This document shows positions 49,710 through 59,502 of a stretch of DNA of 64,000 nt, piece after piece. The stretch lies in the NCBI GenBank assembly GCA_046758745.1, contig JBHIAV010000013.1, positions 1-64,000 on the forward strand. Reading direction: 5' to 3'. A program made the translations under genes and the position numbers. The notes under the pieces are model-generated. The model ran no database searches and was not told the DNA's origin. It saw only the letters and a list, made by a program, of their open reading frames with translations. Source of the stretch: Gemmatimonadota bacterium. GTDB lineage: Bacteria > Gemmatimonadota > Gemmatimonadetes > Palauibacterales > Palauibacteraceae. The number at the start of each line of letters is the position of its first letter. Position 1 is the first letter of the stretch.

Positions 49710-50704
49710 TGGCCTCCCTCCGCTCCGAGACCTCCGTCCCGCGGCCCCGCATCGCACTCACGTGCGGGGACCCGCGCGGCATCGGTCCCGAGGTGATCGC
49801 CGGGGCCCTGGGGGACGCGGCCGTGCGAGCCGCGGCGGAGTATGTGCTGATCGGGCCGGAGAGACTCATCCCGGCCGGCACGGTCGCCGGGGCCGAGGTC
49901 CGATTCGAGCCGATCGGCCGCTGGCCCGCGCCCGGACCGGGCCCCGGCGAGGTCGAGGCCGGGCGGCTGTCCGGATCGGCGGTGGAGCGTGCGATCGAGC
50001 TCGCGCTGCGTGGAGAGGTGGATGGCGTGGTGACCGCTCCGCTCTCGAAGCGGGCGCTGGCGGCCGCCGGGTACCCCTACCCGGGCCACACGGAGCTCCT
50101 CCAGGCACGAACGGGCGTGCCCGAGGTCACGATGATGATGGCGGCCGAGCGAACTTCCCTCGGCGGGCCGCTGCGCCTCGCCCTGCTCACCACCCACATC
50201 GCGCTGCGGGATGTTCCCTCCGAGCTGACGGTCGAGCGGGCCGTGCGGCGTGCCGGGATCGCGGTGGCGGCCCTGCGGGAGTGGTGGGGCATGTCGAGGC
50301 CGCGCATCGCCTGGGCGGCTCTCAATCCCCACGCCTCGGAGGGTGGGCTGTTCGGCGACGAAGAGGAGAGAGTTCTCGAGCACGCCGCCGCCAGGCTGAC
50401 GGCCGAGGGAGGGTGTGAGAACCTGGGCATCTTTCCGGCCGACACCGTGTTCCGGCGCTGCCTCGACGGCTCGGCCGATGCGGTGGTGGTTCCGTACCAC
50501 GACGTGGGCCTTGCCGTGCTGAAGACCATCGCGCCGGAGGCGGGGGTGAACATCACGGCCGGTCTTCCCTTCCCGCGTACCTCACCGGACCACGGCACGG
50601 CGTTCGACATCGCGGGTCGCGGCATCTGCGATGCCCGTTCGATGACCGCCGCGATCCTTCTGTGCGCCCGCTTTTGCGGGGTTCACGCCGCCCTCTCACG
50701 ATGA
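49709..50704 (+). CDS. pdxA: 4-hydroxythreonine-4-phosphate dehydrogenase
   Basis: TCGDPRGIGPE, TAPLSK, PGHTE, TTHIAL, LNPHASE, YHDVG, RTSPDHGTAFDIAG. Confidence 0.95.
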   Translation: MASLRSETSVPRPRIALTCGDPRGIGPEVIAGALGDAAVRAAAEYVLIGPERLIPAGTVAGAEVRFEPIGRWPAPGPGPGEVEAGRLSGSAVERAIELALRGEVDGVVTAPLSKRALAAAGYPYPGHTELLQARTGVPEVTMMMAAERTSLGGPLRLALLTTHIALRDVPSELTVERAVRRAGIAVAALREWWGMSRPRIAWAALNPHASEGGLFGDEEERVLEHAAARLTAEGGCENLGIFPADTVFRRCLDGSADAVVVPYHDVGLAVLKTIAPEAGVNITAGLPFPRTSPDHGTAFDIAGRGICDARSMTAAILLCARFCGVHAALSR

Positions 50705-51426
50705 TCCGGCTGCGCTCCGTCTCCAAGGTGTACCCGCGAACGGGCGAGGCGCTCAAGGACGTCTCCTTCCACATCCGGAAAGGCGAGTTCGCCTTCCTCA
50801 CGGGACCGTCCGGCGCCGGCAAGACGACCGTCCTTCGGCTCATTCATATGCAGACGCGCCCGACCAAGGGTGAGGTACGCGTGTCCCGCTACGGCTCCAG
50901 CAACCTGCGCCGCCGCGACGTGGCGCAGCTACGACGCCGCGTCGGATACGTCTTCCAGGACTTCCGACTTCTCGAACGGCTCACGGCGGCCGAGAACGTC
51001 GCCTTCGCCCTCGAGGTGACCGGTCTTGCCCGCTCGAAGATCGGTCCCAAAGTGCAGCGGCTTCTAGCCCACGTCGGGCTCTCCGCCCGTGCCCGTTCGT
51101 ATCCCAACGAGCTGTCGGGAGGTGAGCAGCAGCGGGTGGCCATCGCCCGAGCACTGGCGTCGGATCCGCTCGTCCTGCTCGCCGATGAGCCGACCGGCAA
51201 CCTCGACGACCGGGCGGCGGCCGGCGTCTTCTCGCTCTTCCGACGCATCAACGGTCTCGGCATGACCATCCTCCTGGCCACACACGATGCGAGCCTCATC
51301 CGGGAGAACCCCGACATCCGTGTCCTCGAGCTCGAGCACGGCTCTCTGGTCTTCGACTCCGCGGAGAGGGAAGCCCGCTCCGAGCCGGGCCTTCCGGTCG
51401 AAGAGCCACGGGCCGCGAGGCCATGA
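50701..51426 (+). CDS. ftsE: cell division ATP-binding protein
   Basis: GPSGAGKTT, LRRRVGYVFQDFRLL, LSGGEQQRVAIARA, ADEPTGNLD. Confidence 0.95.
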   Translation: MIRLRSVSKVYPRTGEALKDVSFHIRKGEFAFLTGPSGAGKTTVLRLIHMQTRPTKGEVRVSRYGSSNLRRRDVAQLRRRVGYVFQDFRLLERLTAAENVAFALEVTGLARSKIGPKVQRLLAHVGLSARARSYPNELSGGEQQRVAIARALASDPLVLLADEPTGNLDDRAAAGVFSLFRRINGLGMTILLATHDASLIRENPDIRVLELEHGSLVFDSAEREARSEPGLPVEEPRAARP

Positions 51427-51489
51427 GGGCGAGGGAGGGGGGGTGAGGCCGGCGGCGACGACGAAGGACGGATCCGGAAAGGAGGGCGG

Positions 51490-52356
51490 GTGAGACCGGT
51501 CCGAGAGGCGCTGGCAGGCCTGCGGCGGGCTCCTCTCCTCGGCGGACTCTCCATCCTCGCCATCGGACTGAGCCTGCTCGTCATCGGACTCTTCGGCTTG
51601 ACCGCGCGCAACATCCACCTCGCCCTGACCGGAGTGGAGTCCCACGTCGAGGTCGTCGGGTACCTGCAGGAAGGCACGGACGAGGAGAAGATCCGCCTGG
51701 CGCGGAACGAGATCTCCCGATTCCCCGAGGTGGAGGAGGTACGGTACGTCTCCAAGGTGGAGGCGCTCTTCAACGCCTCGCGCGAGCTGACGGAGTTCTC
51801 CGACGTCTTCTCGGATCTCGACGTGAATCCGCTACCGGCCTCGCTGGAGGTGGGCCTGCGACCGGGATTCCGCACCCCCACCCATGTGGAGGCGGTCGCC
51901 ACGCGGCTCGCCGGCTACGAGTTCGTGGAGGACGTGCGGTACGGCCGCGAGTGGGTGGACCGGGTGTACGCGCTGCGAAGGATCGCGGGAGGGGCGGCGC
52001 TCGTGCTGGGCGGGGCCTTCGCGGGCGGGGCCGTGTTGCTGATCGGAATCGCCGTGCGGATGGCGATCCTTGCGCGATCGAAGGAGATCGCGATCATGCA
52101 GACGGTCGGCGCGACAGACGGGTACATCCGGCGACCCTTCCTCTTCGAGGGGATGCTCGCGGGCCTCGCCGGCGGCGGGGTGGCGCTGGGCCTCACCTGG
52201 GTCACGCGCGCCGCGGTGGAGCGATCGCTCTCGCTCTCCATCGCATGGCTCCCGGACCTGTGGATCGTGGGAGGGCTTCTGGGAGCCGGCCTGCTCGGGG
52301 TGGGTGCGGCTGCCCGTGCCGTTCGCCGGGAGCTCCGGCGCGTGCATGAATCATGA
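51490..52356 (+). CDS. ftsX: cell division permease
   Basis: YVSK.EAL, NPLPAS, EIAIMQTVGATDGYIRRPFLFEG. Confidence 0.94.
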   Translation: MRPVREALAGLRRAPLLGGLSILAIGLSLLVIGLFGLTARNIHLALTGVESHVEVVGYLQEGTDEEKIRLARNEISRFPEVEEVRYVSKVEALFNASRELTEFSDVFSDLDVNPLPASLEVGLRPGFRTPTHVEAVATRLAGYEFVEDVRYGREWVDRVYALRRIAGGAALVLGGAFAGGAVLLIGIAVRMAILARSKEIAIMQTVGATDGYIRRPFLFEGMLAGLAGGGVALGLTWVTRAAVERSLSLSIAWLPDLWIVGGLLGAGLLGVGAAARAVRRELRRVHES

Positions 52357-53555
52357 TGAACGTGCGCACCGCCGCCCGGGCGCTCGCCGCCGCCTGGGCG
52401 CTCGCCGCCACGCCGGCCGTAGCCCAGGACGTGATCGGGGAGCGAATCCAGGAGAGTCAACGGCGCCTGGATGAGATCCGGCGGGAGCGCGACCGGTTGA
52501 GCAGCGAGATGGAGGACCTCTCGGGTCAGGTGCACACCGTGTCGGAGGAGATCCGTAACCTGGAACGCCGGATCGGAACGTCCTCCAGCGTCCTCGCGGA
52601 GCTGGACGTCCAGATCCACGCTCTCGGTGACCAGGTGAGCGAGACGACGCGCGAGATGCTGCTCACGCGCGACAAGCTGACGGTGCGACAGGCCGAGCTC
52701 CGCGAGCGGCTGCGCGAGATCTACAAGCGAGGGCCGCTGCACGCGGTGCAGGTTCTCCTCGGCGCCCGGTCCTTCGCGGACCTCATCAGCCGCTACAAGT
52801 ATCTCCATCTCGTCGCGCTCTACGATCGGATGCTCGTGCAGCAGGTGAAGAGGCTCGAACGGAGCCTGGCGGATCACCGTGCCCGTCTGACGGGGGACTT
52901 CGCGCACATGAGCGGGCTGCGGACCGAGAAGGCGAGCGAGCTGGGTGTTCTGGAACGGCTCGAGAGCCAGCGACGTCGGCGCCTTGCCAACGTGCGGGCG
53001 CGCGAGTCTCGCGCTCAAAACCGCCTCGCCGCTCTCGCGCGCGCCGAGCAGGAGCTCCGCGACCTGATCGTCGAGCTGGAGCGCGCCCGCCGGGAGGCCG
53101 AACGGCTGGCCGGCGCGGCGAGCACCTCCACCCTTCGCACGTCGGATCTCGGGAGGCTGAACTGGCCGGTGGAGGGAGAGATCCTGTACCGTTTCGGACC
53201 CGAGCGGAGAGGCAACACGACGATCAACCGGGGCGGCATGGGCATCGGCGCGCCCCGGGGCACGCCCGTCCGCGCCGTGGAGGCCGGGCGGGTGGAGTGG
53301 GCGGGGGCGCGCGGCCTCCAGGGAGAGACGGTCATCCTGAACCACGGCGGCGGGTATTGGTCGATCTACCTCTACCTGGAACGGCTCCGTGTGCGGGTCG
53401 GCGATCGGGTCGAGCCGGGCCAGGTTCTCGGCCATGTCGGCGGCGATGACGGCTCGGGGCAAGGACCCCACATCGAGTTCCAGATCCTCGAGCCCGGCCC
53501 GGGAGAGGTCCCCCGCGAGGTGGATCCCGTGCGATGGCTTCGCGGCCGCTCGTGA
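52353..53555 (+). CDS. envC: murein hydrolase activator EnvC-like (coiled coil + degenerate M23 domain)
   Basis: Signal peptide, long coiled coil, WPVEG..FG, M23-like C-terminus lacking the canonical Zn ligands; follows ftsEX. Confidence 0.85.
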   Translation: MMNVRTAARALAAAWALAATPAVAQDVIGERIQESQRRLDEIRRERDRLSSEMEDLSGQVHTVSEEIRNLERRIGTSSSVLAELDVQIHALGDQVSETTREMLLTRDKLTVRQAELRERLREIYKRGPLHAVQVLLGARSFADLISRYKYLHLVALYDRMLVQQVKRLERSLADHRARLTGDFAHMSGLRTEKASELGVLERLESQRRRRLANVRARESRAQNRLAALARAEQELRDLIVELERARREAERLAGAASTSTLRTSDLGRLNWPVEGEILYRFGPERRGNTTINRGGMGIGAPRGTPVRAVEAGRVEWAGARGLQGETVILNHGGGYWSIYLYLERLRVRVGDRVEPGQVLGHVGGDDGSGQGPHIEFQILEPGPGEVPREVDPVRWLRGRS

Positions 53556-53622
53556 GCCGCCCCGACCTGCCGTCACTCTTCGGTGGAGCCGACGGAGCGG
53601 TGCGCCCCGCCGGACGGCGACG

Positions 53623-54756
53623 GTGAGCCTCCCCCCGATCGCCGGACACGAGGCGCTGCGGGAGCGCTTCCGCTCCGCCGTGGCCGCCGGCCGCTTCCCG
53701 CAGTCGCTGCTGCTGCACGGGCCCGCGGGCGTCGGCAAGCAGCGCCTCGCGCTGTGGGCGGCGGCGCTCCTCCAGTGCGGCGAGGAGGGGCGGCCGTGCG
53801 GCCGGTGCAGGAGCTGCCGGTTGGCTGACGGTCTCGAGCACCCGGACATTCACTGGTATTTTCCCCTTCCCCGCCCGAAGGGCAACCTGAGCGATCCGAA
53901 GCTCCGCGCCAGGCTCGAAGAGGCACGCTTCGAGGAGCTCGCGGCGCGACGGGCGGATCCGATGCGGGCCGCCTCGTGGGAGGAGGTGAGCGGCATCTAC
54001 CTGGCCGCCGTGGACCGGATACGCTCGGCGGCCATCCGCCGGCCCGCCATCGGCAGCTGCAGCGTGTTCGTGGTGGGCGACGCGGAGCGCATGGTCCCGC
54101 AGGCGGGAAGCCCCGAGGCGGCGAACGCCTTCCTGAAGCTGCTCGAGGAGCCTCCGCCGGACACGTTCCTGCTTCTCACATCGAGCCGCCCCGCCGCCCT
54201 GCTCCCCACCATCCACTCGCGGGTGCTCGCGGTGCGCGTGCCGCCGCTCACCGAGGGCGAGGTGGCGGCCTTCCTGCGGGAGCGTGCCGGGATCGCCGCC
54301 CAGGAGGCGGAGCGTTTGGCAAGGCTCACCGGAGGGTCGATCGGGCAGGCTCTGCGGAGGGCCACGGAGTCCGAGGCGGACCCGACGCCGACCGCCATGG
54401 CCTTCCTGCGGGCCGCCCTGTCGAGCCGCCGGGCCGACCGTCTGGGCGTCGCCCTCTCCCTCGCGCCCTCGGGTGCGCGCGGCGAGTTCTCCGCTGCGCT
54501 GGGAGCCCTTTCGGAGATCCTCCGCGACCTTCTCCGAGCGGCGGAGGGAGGCAACGGCCTCCCGGAGGATTTGCGGGGGCTCGTCCAGCGCCGGAGATTG
54601 TCTCCACAGGCCCTGCTGGCGGCCTTCGGGCGGCTGGAAGAGGCGCTGGCAGCAGCTCAGGGGAACGTGAATCCCCAGGCGATCGCGACCGTCCTGCTGA
54701 GCGACATGGCGGCAGCGTTCGGGGGCGGGGGAAACAACGGTGACCGAGCCGGGTAA
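53623..54756 (+). CDS. holB: DNA polymerase III delta-prime subunit
   Basis: LLLHGPAGVGK, C..PCGRCRSC, HPD, AANAFLKLLEEPP, LLPTIHSR. Confidence 0.9.
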   Translation: MSLPPIAGHEALRERFRSAVAAGRFPQSLLLHGPAGVGKQRLALWAAALLQCGEEGRPCGRCRSCRLADGLEHPDIHWYFPLPRPKGNLSDPKLRARLEEARFEELAARRADPMRAASWEEVSGIYLAAVDRIRSAAIRRPAIGSCSVFVVGDAERMVPQAGSPEAANAFLKLLEEPPPDTFLLLTSSRPAALLPTIHSRVLAVRVPPLTEGEVAAFLRERAGIAAQEAERLARLTGGSIGQALRRATESEADPTPTAMAFLRAALSSRRADRLGVALSLAPSGARGEFSAALGALSEILRDLLRAAEGGNGLPEDLRGLVQRRRLSPQALLAAFGRLEEALAAAQGNVNPQAIATVLLSDMAAAFGGGGNNGDRAG

Positions 54757-54812
54757 GCAGCTGCCAAACGCGACATGTGTCTTACTGGGCACGGGCATGA
54801 CGCTCCGGACGA

Positions 54813-54850
54813 GCGGCCGTCAGGGAATCGACGCGGCCGTTTTTGCTTTG
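54813..54850 (+). terminator. hairpin + T-tract between holB and moaC
   Basis: CGGCCG-TCAGGGAATCGACG-CGGCCG-TTTTTGCTTT, immediately upstream of the moaC RBS. Confidence 0.5.
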
Positions 54851-54864
54851 TATGAGGAGGTCCG

Positions 54865-55431
54865 TTGGCCGACCGGGTAGCCGACTCGACTTTTCCGCAC
54901 CTGGACGCGATGGGGCGTGCCCGCATGGTGGACGTCGGCGGAAAGCCGATCAGCCGCCGACGGGCGTGCGCCGAGGGGTTGATTCGCATGCAGGCGGAGA
55001 CGCTGTCCGCGATCCTCGGGCGGGAGATCGAAAAGGGGGATGTGTTCGCGGTGGCCCGCCTCGCGGCGATCGGCGGGGCGAAGCAGACGGCGATGGTCGT
55101 TCCGCTGTGCCACCCCCTTCCCCTCGAGGCGGTCGAGGTGCGTATCGAGGCCGAGCGGGGTCTGCCCGGCCTTCGTCTCACCGTCGAAGCCTCCGCCGAG
55201 GCCCGAACCGGAGTGGAGATGGAGGCGTTGTCCGGGGTAAGCGCCGGGCTGCTCGCGGTGTACGACATGTGTAAGGCCGTGGATCGCGCGATGGAGCTCG
55301 GGCCGATCCGTCTCCTCTCCAAGGAGGGAGGAACGAGTGGAACGTGGCTCCGCGACCCGGCGCAACGGCCGGCGCAGGCCGGCGCCGCGCAGGCTTCTCC
55401 CGGTTCGGCACGCGGGCAGGGCCGGGGGTGA
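54865..55431 (+). CDS. moaC: cyclic pyranopterin monophosphate synthase
   Basis: HLD..GRARMVDV, KGDV, PLCHP, TGVEMEAL, YDMCKAVD, KEGG. Confidence 0.96.
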   Translation: MADRVADSTFPHLDAMGRARMVDVGGKPISRRRACAEGLIRMQAETLSAILGREIEKGDVFAVARLAAIGGAKQTAMVVPLCHPLPLEAVEVRIEAERGLPGLRLTVEASAEARTGVEMEALSGVSAGLLAVYDMCKAVDRAMELGPIRLLSKEGGTSGTWLRDPAQRPAQAGAAQASPGSARGQGRG

Positions 55432-55474
55432 GAGACGGCTCGCGGGAGCGCGGGGCTCCCGGGGCGGGCATTCG

Positions 55475-56191
55475 ATGATAGGAACAAGCGCTGGAGTTGC
55501 CTATATGTGGTCGAGCATCCTGAGGCGCGGCCCGGAGTGGCCGCCCACGATCCATGCGGCGGGGGCCGAGGTCCTCGCGCGCGAGAGATCCCGTCGGCGG
55601 ATCCGACGCCTCCTCTCCTGGGCGGGGGTCCTCGGCCTCAACTCGGTGGCGTTGTTCGCCCTCTTCGCCATGACCGGCGACGGGCTGGCCGGAGCCCTGG
55701 GGGACGCCCGCTACACCAGCGAGCGCTTGAGCGGCGAGAAGGCGCTGCTCGCCCTCCAGGTGGAGCGGTTCGAGGCCGTGCACCGGTACTCCGCCCGGTA
55801 CGGCATTCCCGCCGACCTGGCCGCATCGGTGTACGACATCGCCCTGGCGGAGGGCCTGGCGCCGGACACGGCATTCCGGCTCGTCGAGATCGAGTCTTCC
55901 TTCCGGCAGCGCGCCGTGAGCGAGGCGGGCGCGATCGGCTACACGCAGATCAAGCCGAGCACCGCCCGCTCCCTCGACCCGAGCGTGACGGAGCGAGACC
56001 TGTTCGAGCGCGAGACGAACCTTCGACTCGGCTTCCGCTATCTGAGGCAGCTGCTCGAGCAGTTCGACGGAGACATGCGTCTCGCGCTGCTCGCCTACAA
56101 CCGGGGACCGAGCCGTCTCGAGGCGCTCCTGCAGATGGGACGGGACCCGGCGAACGGGTACGCCCGGGTCGTGCTCGGCGGGGGGGAGTGA
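55475..56191 (+). CDS. membrane-anchored lytic transglycosylase (SLT domain)
   Basis: IESSF, AVSEAGAIGYTQIKPSTA, NLRLGFRYL, ALLAYNRGP. Confidence 0.88.
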   Translation: MIGTSAGVAYMWSSILRRGPEWPPTIHAAGAEVLARERSRRRIRRLLSWAGVLGLNSVALFALFAMTGDGLAGALGDARYTSERLSGEKALLALQVERFEAVHRYSARYGIPADLAASVYDIALAEGLAPDTAFRLVEIESSFRQRAVSEAGAIGYTQIKPSTARSLDPSVTERDLFERETNLRLGFRYLRQLLEQFDGDMRLALLAYNRGPSRLEALLQMGRDPANGYARVVLGGGE

Positions 56192-56195
56192 CCCG

Positions 56196-57593
56196 GTGAA
56201 GCCCGGCTCGGACGCGGCGATCGGGGGAGGTGGCTCGCCGCATGCGCCCGAGCTGTTGGCGAAGATCGAGGCCCGCGAGGCGAGGGTCGGGATCCTCGGC
56301 CTGGGTTACGTGGGGCTGCCCCTGGCGGTCGTCTTCGCCGAGTCCGGGTTTCACACCGTCGGGTTCGACGTGGACCGGAGCGTGGTCGGCGGCGTCAACG
56401 ACGGCCGGTCGCACATCCTGGACATCGCGGGGGAGCGGCTCTCGCCCATCGTCCGGTCGGGAGTCCTCGAGGCGACGCACGACTTCTCGCGGCTGGAGGC
56501 GGCCGATGCCGTCATCATCTGCGTCCCCACCCCGCTGTCGAAGACGGACGACCCCGACATCTCCTTCATCCTCCAGGCTACCGAGGCGGTGCGCGAGCGC
56601 TTGCGCCCCGGCCAGCTCGTGGTGCTCGAGTCGACGACCTACCCGGGAACGACGCGCGAGGTGGTGCAGGGTCGCCTCGAGGAGACCGGCATGCGGGCCG
56701 GGCGTGACTTCTTCGTCGCCTTCAGCCCCGAGCGGGTGGATCCGGGCAACCCGGTGTGGCACACCCGGAACACCCCGAAGATCGTCGGCGGACTCACGCC
56801 GGCCTGCCACCGGTTGGCCGTCGCCCTCTACCGGCAGGTCATCGACACGGTGGTCGAGGTGTCCTCGCCGGAGGCGGCCGAGATGGCGAAAATCCTCGAG
56901 AACACCTTCCGGGCCGTCAACATAGGCCTGGTGAACGAGATGGCGGTCATCGCGGACAGGCTCGGCATCGATGTGTGGGAGGTGATCGACGCCGCGTCTA
57001 CCAAGCCGTATGGGTTCATGCCGTTCGTCCCGGGGCCCGGTCTGGGCGGCCACTGCATCCCGGTCGACCCCTTGTACCTCTCGTGGAAGATGAAGTCGCT
57101 GCGATACCGGACTCGGTTCATCGAGCTGGCGGCGGAGGTGAACGCCGAGATGCCCCGCTACGTGGTGTCCCGAGTCTCCGAGGCGCTCAACCGGGTCCGG
57201 AGGGCGTTGAACGGCAGCGAGCTCCTGCTGCTCGGCGTCGCCTACAAGCCCGGCGTGGACGATACGCGCGAGAGTCCGGCGCTCGACATCCTCCAGCTGC
57301 TGGTGCAGAGCGGCGCCATCGTGCGCTACCACGATCCGTTCGTGCCACGGGTGGAGGTAGAGGGCGGCAGCTTCCAGTCCGTACCGCTCACGGCGGAGCG
57401 ACTCGCCGCGTGTGACGCGGCGATCGTGGCGACCGACCACGAGGAGGTCGACTACGACCTCGTGGCGGAGCACGCCTCCATCGTCGTCGACCCGCGCGAC
57501 GCGCTGAGGGGACGCTACGGCCGGGCGATCGTGTACCCCATCGCGGGCCCGGCGAGGCGGCTCGAGGCTCGACGCGAGACCGTCGCGCGCTAG
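56196..57593 (+). CDS. UDP-N-acetyl-hexosamine dehydrogenase (WbpA/WecC family)
   Basis: GLGYVGLPLA, ICVPTP, ESTTYPGTT, FSPERVDPG, KILENTFRAVNI, GPGLGGHCIPVDP, DTRESP. Confidence 0.93.
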   Translation: MKPGSDAAIGGGGSPHAPELLAKIEAREARVGILGLGYVGLPLAVVFAESGFHTVGFDVDRSVVGGVNDGRSHILDIAGERLSPIVRSGVLEATHDFSRLEAADAVIICVPTPLSKTDDPDISFILQATEAVRERLRPGQLVVLESTTYPGTTREVVQGRLEETGMRAGRDFFVAFSPERVDPGNPVWHTRNTPKIVGGLTPACHRLAVALYRQVIDTVVEVSSPEAAEMAKILENTFRAVNIGLVNEMAVIADRLGIDVWEVIDAASTKPYGFMPFVPGPGLGGHCIPVDPLYLSWKMKSLRYRTRFIELAAEVNAEMPRYVVSRVSEALNRVRRALNGSELLLLGVAYKPGVDDTRESPALDILQLLVQSGAIVRYHDPFVPRVEVEGGSFQSVPLTAERLAACDAAIVATDHEEVDYDLVAEHASIVVDPRDALRGRYGRAIVYPIAGPARRLEARRETVAR

Positions 57594-57765
57594 TGGCGCT
57601 TGACAAGCACGTTGTTCAGCAGAGCGACCGGCCGTTGCCGCGGCGTGGTGTTGCCGATGTACCCGCCGACCTGGCGCAGTACTAGCCACTTGTAGACCGT
57701 GCGGACGCTCACCCGCGTGCCCTCGGCCACTGCCTTCGGTGGCTTCCCCTCCCGCAGACCGGGCG
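57590..57765 (-). mobile_element. IS481-family transposase relic (internally deleted)
   Basis: N-terminal-type HTH (KAVAEGTRVSVRTVYKWL) joined directly to a C-terminal-type tail (IGNTTPRQR..LNNVLVKRH*), ending in a CTAG. Confidence 0.65.
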
Positions 57766-57777
57766 GCTCGTAAGGCA

Positions 57778-59316
57778 ATGGTCGGCACCCTTCGCGGGCG
57801 GCTCGCCACACTCGTCACGATCTCTTTGTTGTTCGGCCTAGCCGCGGGCGTTCGACTGTACCCTTGGGCACCGCCCACTTTCATCGCCGAGCGACAGTAT
57901 CGATCCGCTCTCCTGGCTAGATCGTTCTACTTCGACGCCGAACTCGGTATCCCAGACTGGCGTCGCGAAGTCGTCCGCGCCGCCGTCGCCAGGAAGGATG
58001 CAATGGAGCCGCCCCTGTTTGAGTTCGTTGTCTCCCGAATCTACCTGATGATCAACGGCGAGCGGCTATGGATCTCCCGCCTCCTTTCAGCGACCTTTTG
58101 GTTGATCGGGGGCGTTTTCTTCCTGAGGCTCAGCAAGCGCTTTGCTTCGACTTTGGTGGCGCTCGTCCTCACAGCTTACTACCTCTTGGTTCCGCTCGGC
58201 GTCCACGTCAGTGCAAGCTTCCTTCCCGATCCCCTTATGATCATGCTCTTCATCGTTAGTCTGCTTGCGATCGTGCGATACTACGAAGAGCGTTCCGGAG
58301 CGCGGCTGCTCCTCGCGGCTCTCCTTGCCGGGATCGCGATACTCGTGAAGCCTCTGTGTCTTTTCGCCATCCTCGGAGCCTTTCTTGGCCTCGCCGTCTA
58401 CGAGTGGCAGACCAAAGGAGGGCCGATCATCGGCCACGTTGTGGCCTTTCTGACCATCTCTCTCCTCGTGGGAACGACCTATTACCTGAACGGCATGGTC
58501 CTGGACGACTATATGACGGCGCAGGCGAACAAGACCTTCGCTCCGCCCGGGGTGGTCGTGCGGCACGTGGAATATTGGGTGGGCTGGCTCCTAAATGCCG
58601 GCTGGGCTGTGGGATATCTGCCTCTCGCGGCAGGCCTCCTCGGATTGGTAGTCCAACGGGAGAGGCGCATGCGCGCGATGCTGCTCGGCCTGTGGGGGGG
58701 CTATCTCGTCTTTCTTCTCGTCTTCGCTTTTCACGTTCACATCACGCCGCACTACCACCTGCAGCTAGTGCCGATCGTGGCACTCTCAGCGGCGCCCCTA
58801 GTGTTTGCGGTGACGGATCGCTTGAGGCCGGCGCTGGCCTCATGGCCTGGAGGGGCAATCGTGACACTGGCCGGTTTGCTGGCGATCGCGTTCGGCGTGT
58901 ACGAGGTGCGGGAGTCTTTCGTCTCGGCACCGCCGTTCGAGCGCACCGAGGTCGCCGAGGAAATCGGCGAGATTGTGGAACACAGCACTCGCGTGGCGTT
59001 TGTCTCGTTCTACTACGGCTCACCTCTCGAATACTTTGGCGAGATGGCCGGCGAGGAGTGGCCCCGGCCGTTGCGTTACTGGGCCTTCCGAGAGAAGGGA
59101 GAGGGCGAGCGGGACATAGCGCAGCGCGTGCATGAACTCGGCATCTCTCCCCGGTACTTCGTCGTCACAGACTTCGCCGAGTTCGAGAAGCATCACCGGG
59201 ACCTTCGGGACTTCCTCGCTTCAGCGTGCACCCTTGTGGCCAAGACCGAGCGGTACCTGGTGTACGAGACCGAGAACTGCGTGCGGAAGCTGTTGAGCGG
59301 TCCGCGTGGAGCCTGA
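57778..59316 (+). CDS. GT-C fold glycosyltransferase (ArnT/PMT_2, GT39/83-like)
   Basis: ERQ..S, MEPPLF, RLLS, FLPDPLM, LVKP; many transmembrane helices; visibly lower GC than its neighbours. Confidence 0.85.
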   Translation: MVGTLRGRLATLVTISLLFGLAAGVRLYPWAPPTFIAERQYRSALLARSFYFDAELGIPDWRREVVRAAVARKDAMEPPLFEFVVSRIYLMINGERLWISRLLSATFWLIGGVFFLRLSKRFASTLVALVLTAYYLLVPLGVHVSASFLPDPLMIMLFIVSLLAIVRYYEERSGARLLLAALLAGIAILVKPLCLFAILGAFLGLAVYEWQTKGGPIIGHVVAFLTISLLVGTTYYLNGMVLDDYMTAQANKTFAPPGVVVRHVEYWVGWLLNAGWAVGYLPLAAGLLGLVVQRERRMRAMLLGLWGGYLVFLLVFAFHVHITPHYHLQLVPIVALSAAPLVFAVTDRLRPALASWPGGAIVTLAGLLAIAFGVYEVRESFVSAPPFERTEVAEEIGEIVEHSTRVAFVSFYYGSPLEYFGEMAGEEWPRPLRYWAFREKGEGERDIAQRVHELGISPRYFVVTDFAEFEKHHRDLRDFLASACTLVAKTERYLVYETENCVRKLLSGPRGA

Positions 59317-59502
59317 GGTGGCCGAGGACTTCTCGCCACAACTCCATCCCCGCTCGTAGAAACCGAGCGACGTACCTCTCTGCGCATCACCGCTGGCCCT
59401 AGCCGGGCCCGACTGCTCGGCCGGTGGGCCACCCGCACGGTGGTCGCGCCGAGGGGGGACGGCCGGTCAGCGCTTCGTGCCCGTCGCTCGATCCGTCTCC
59501 GC

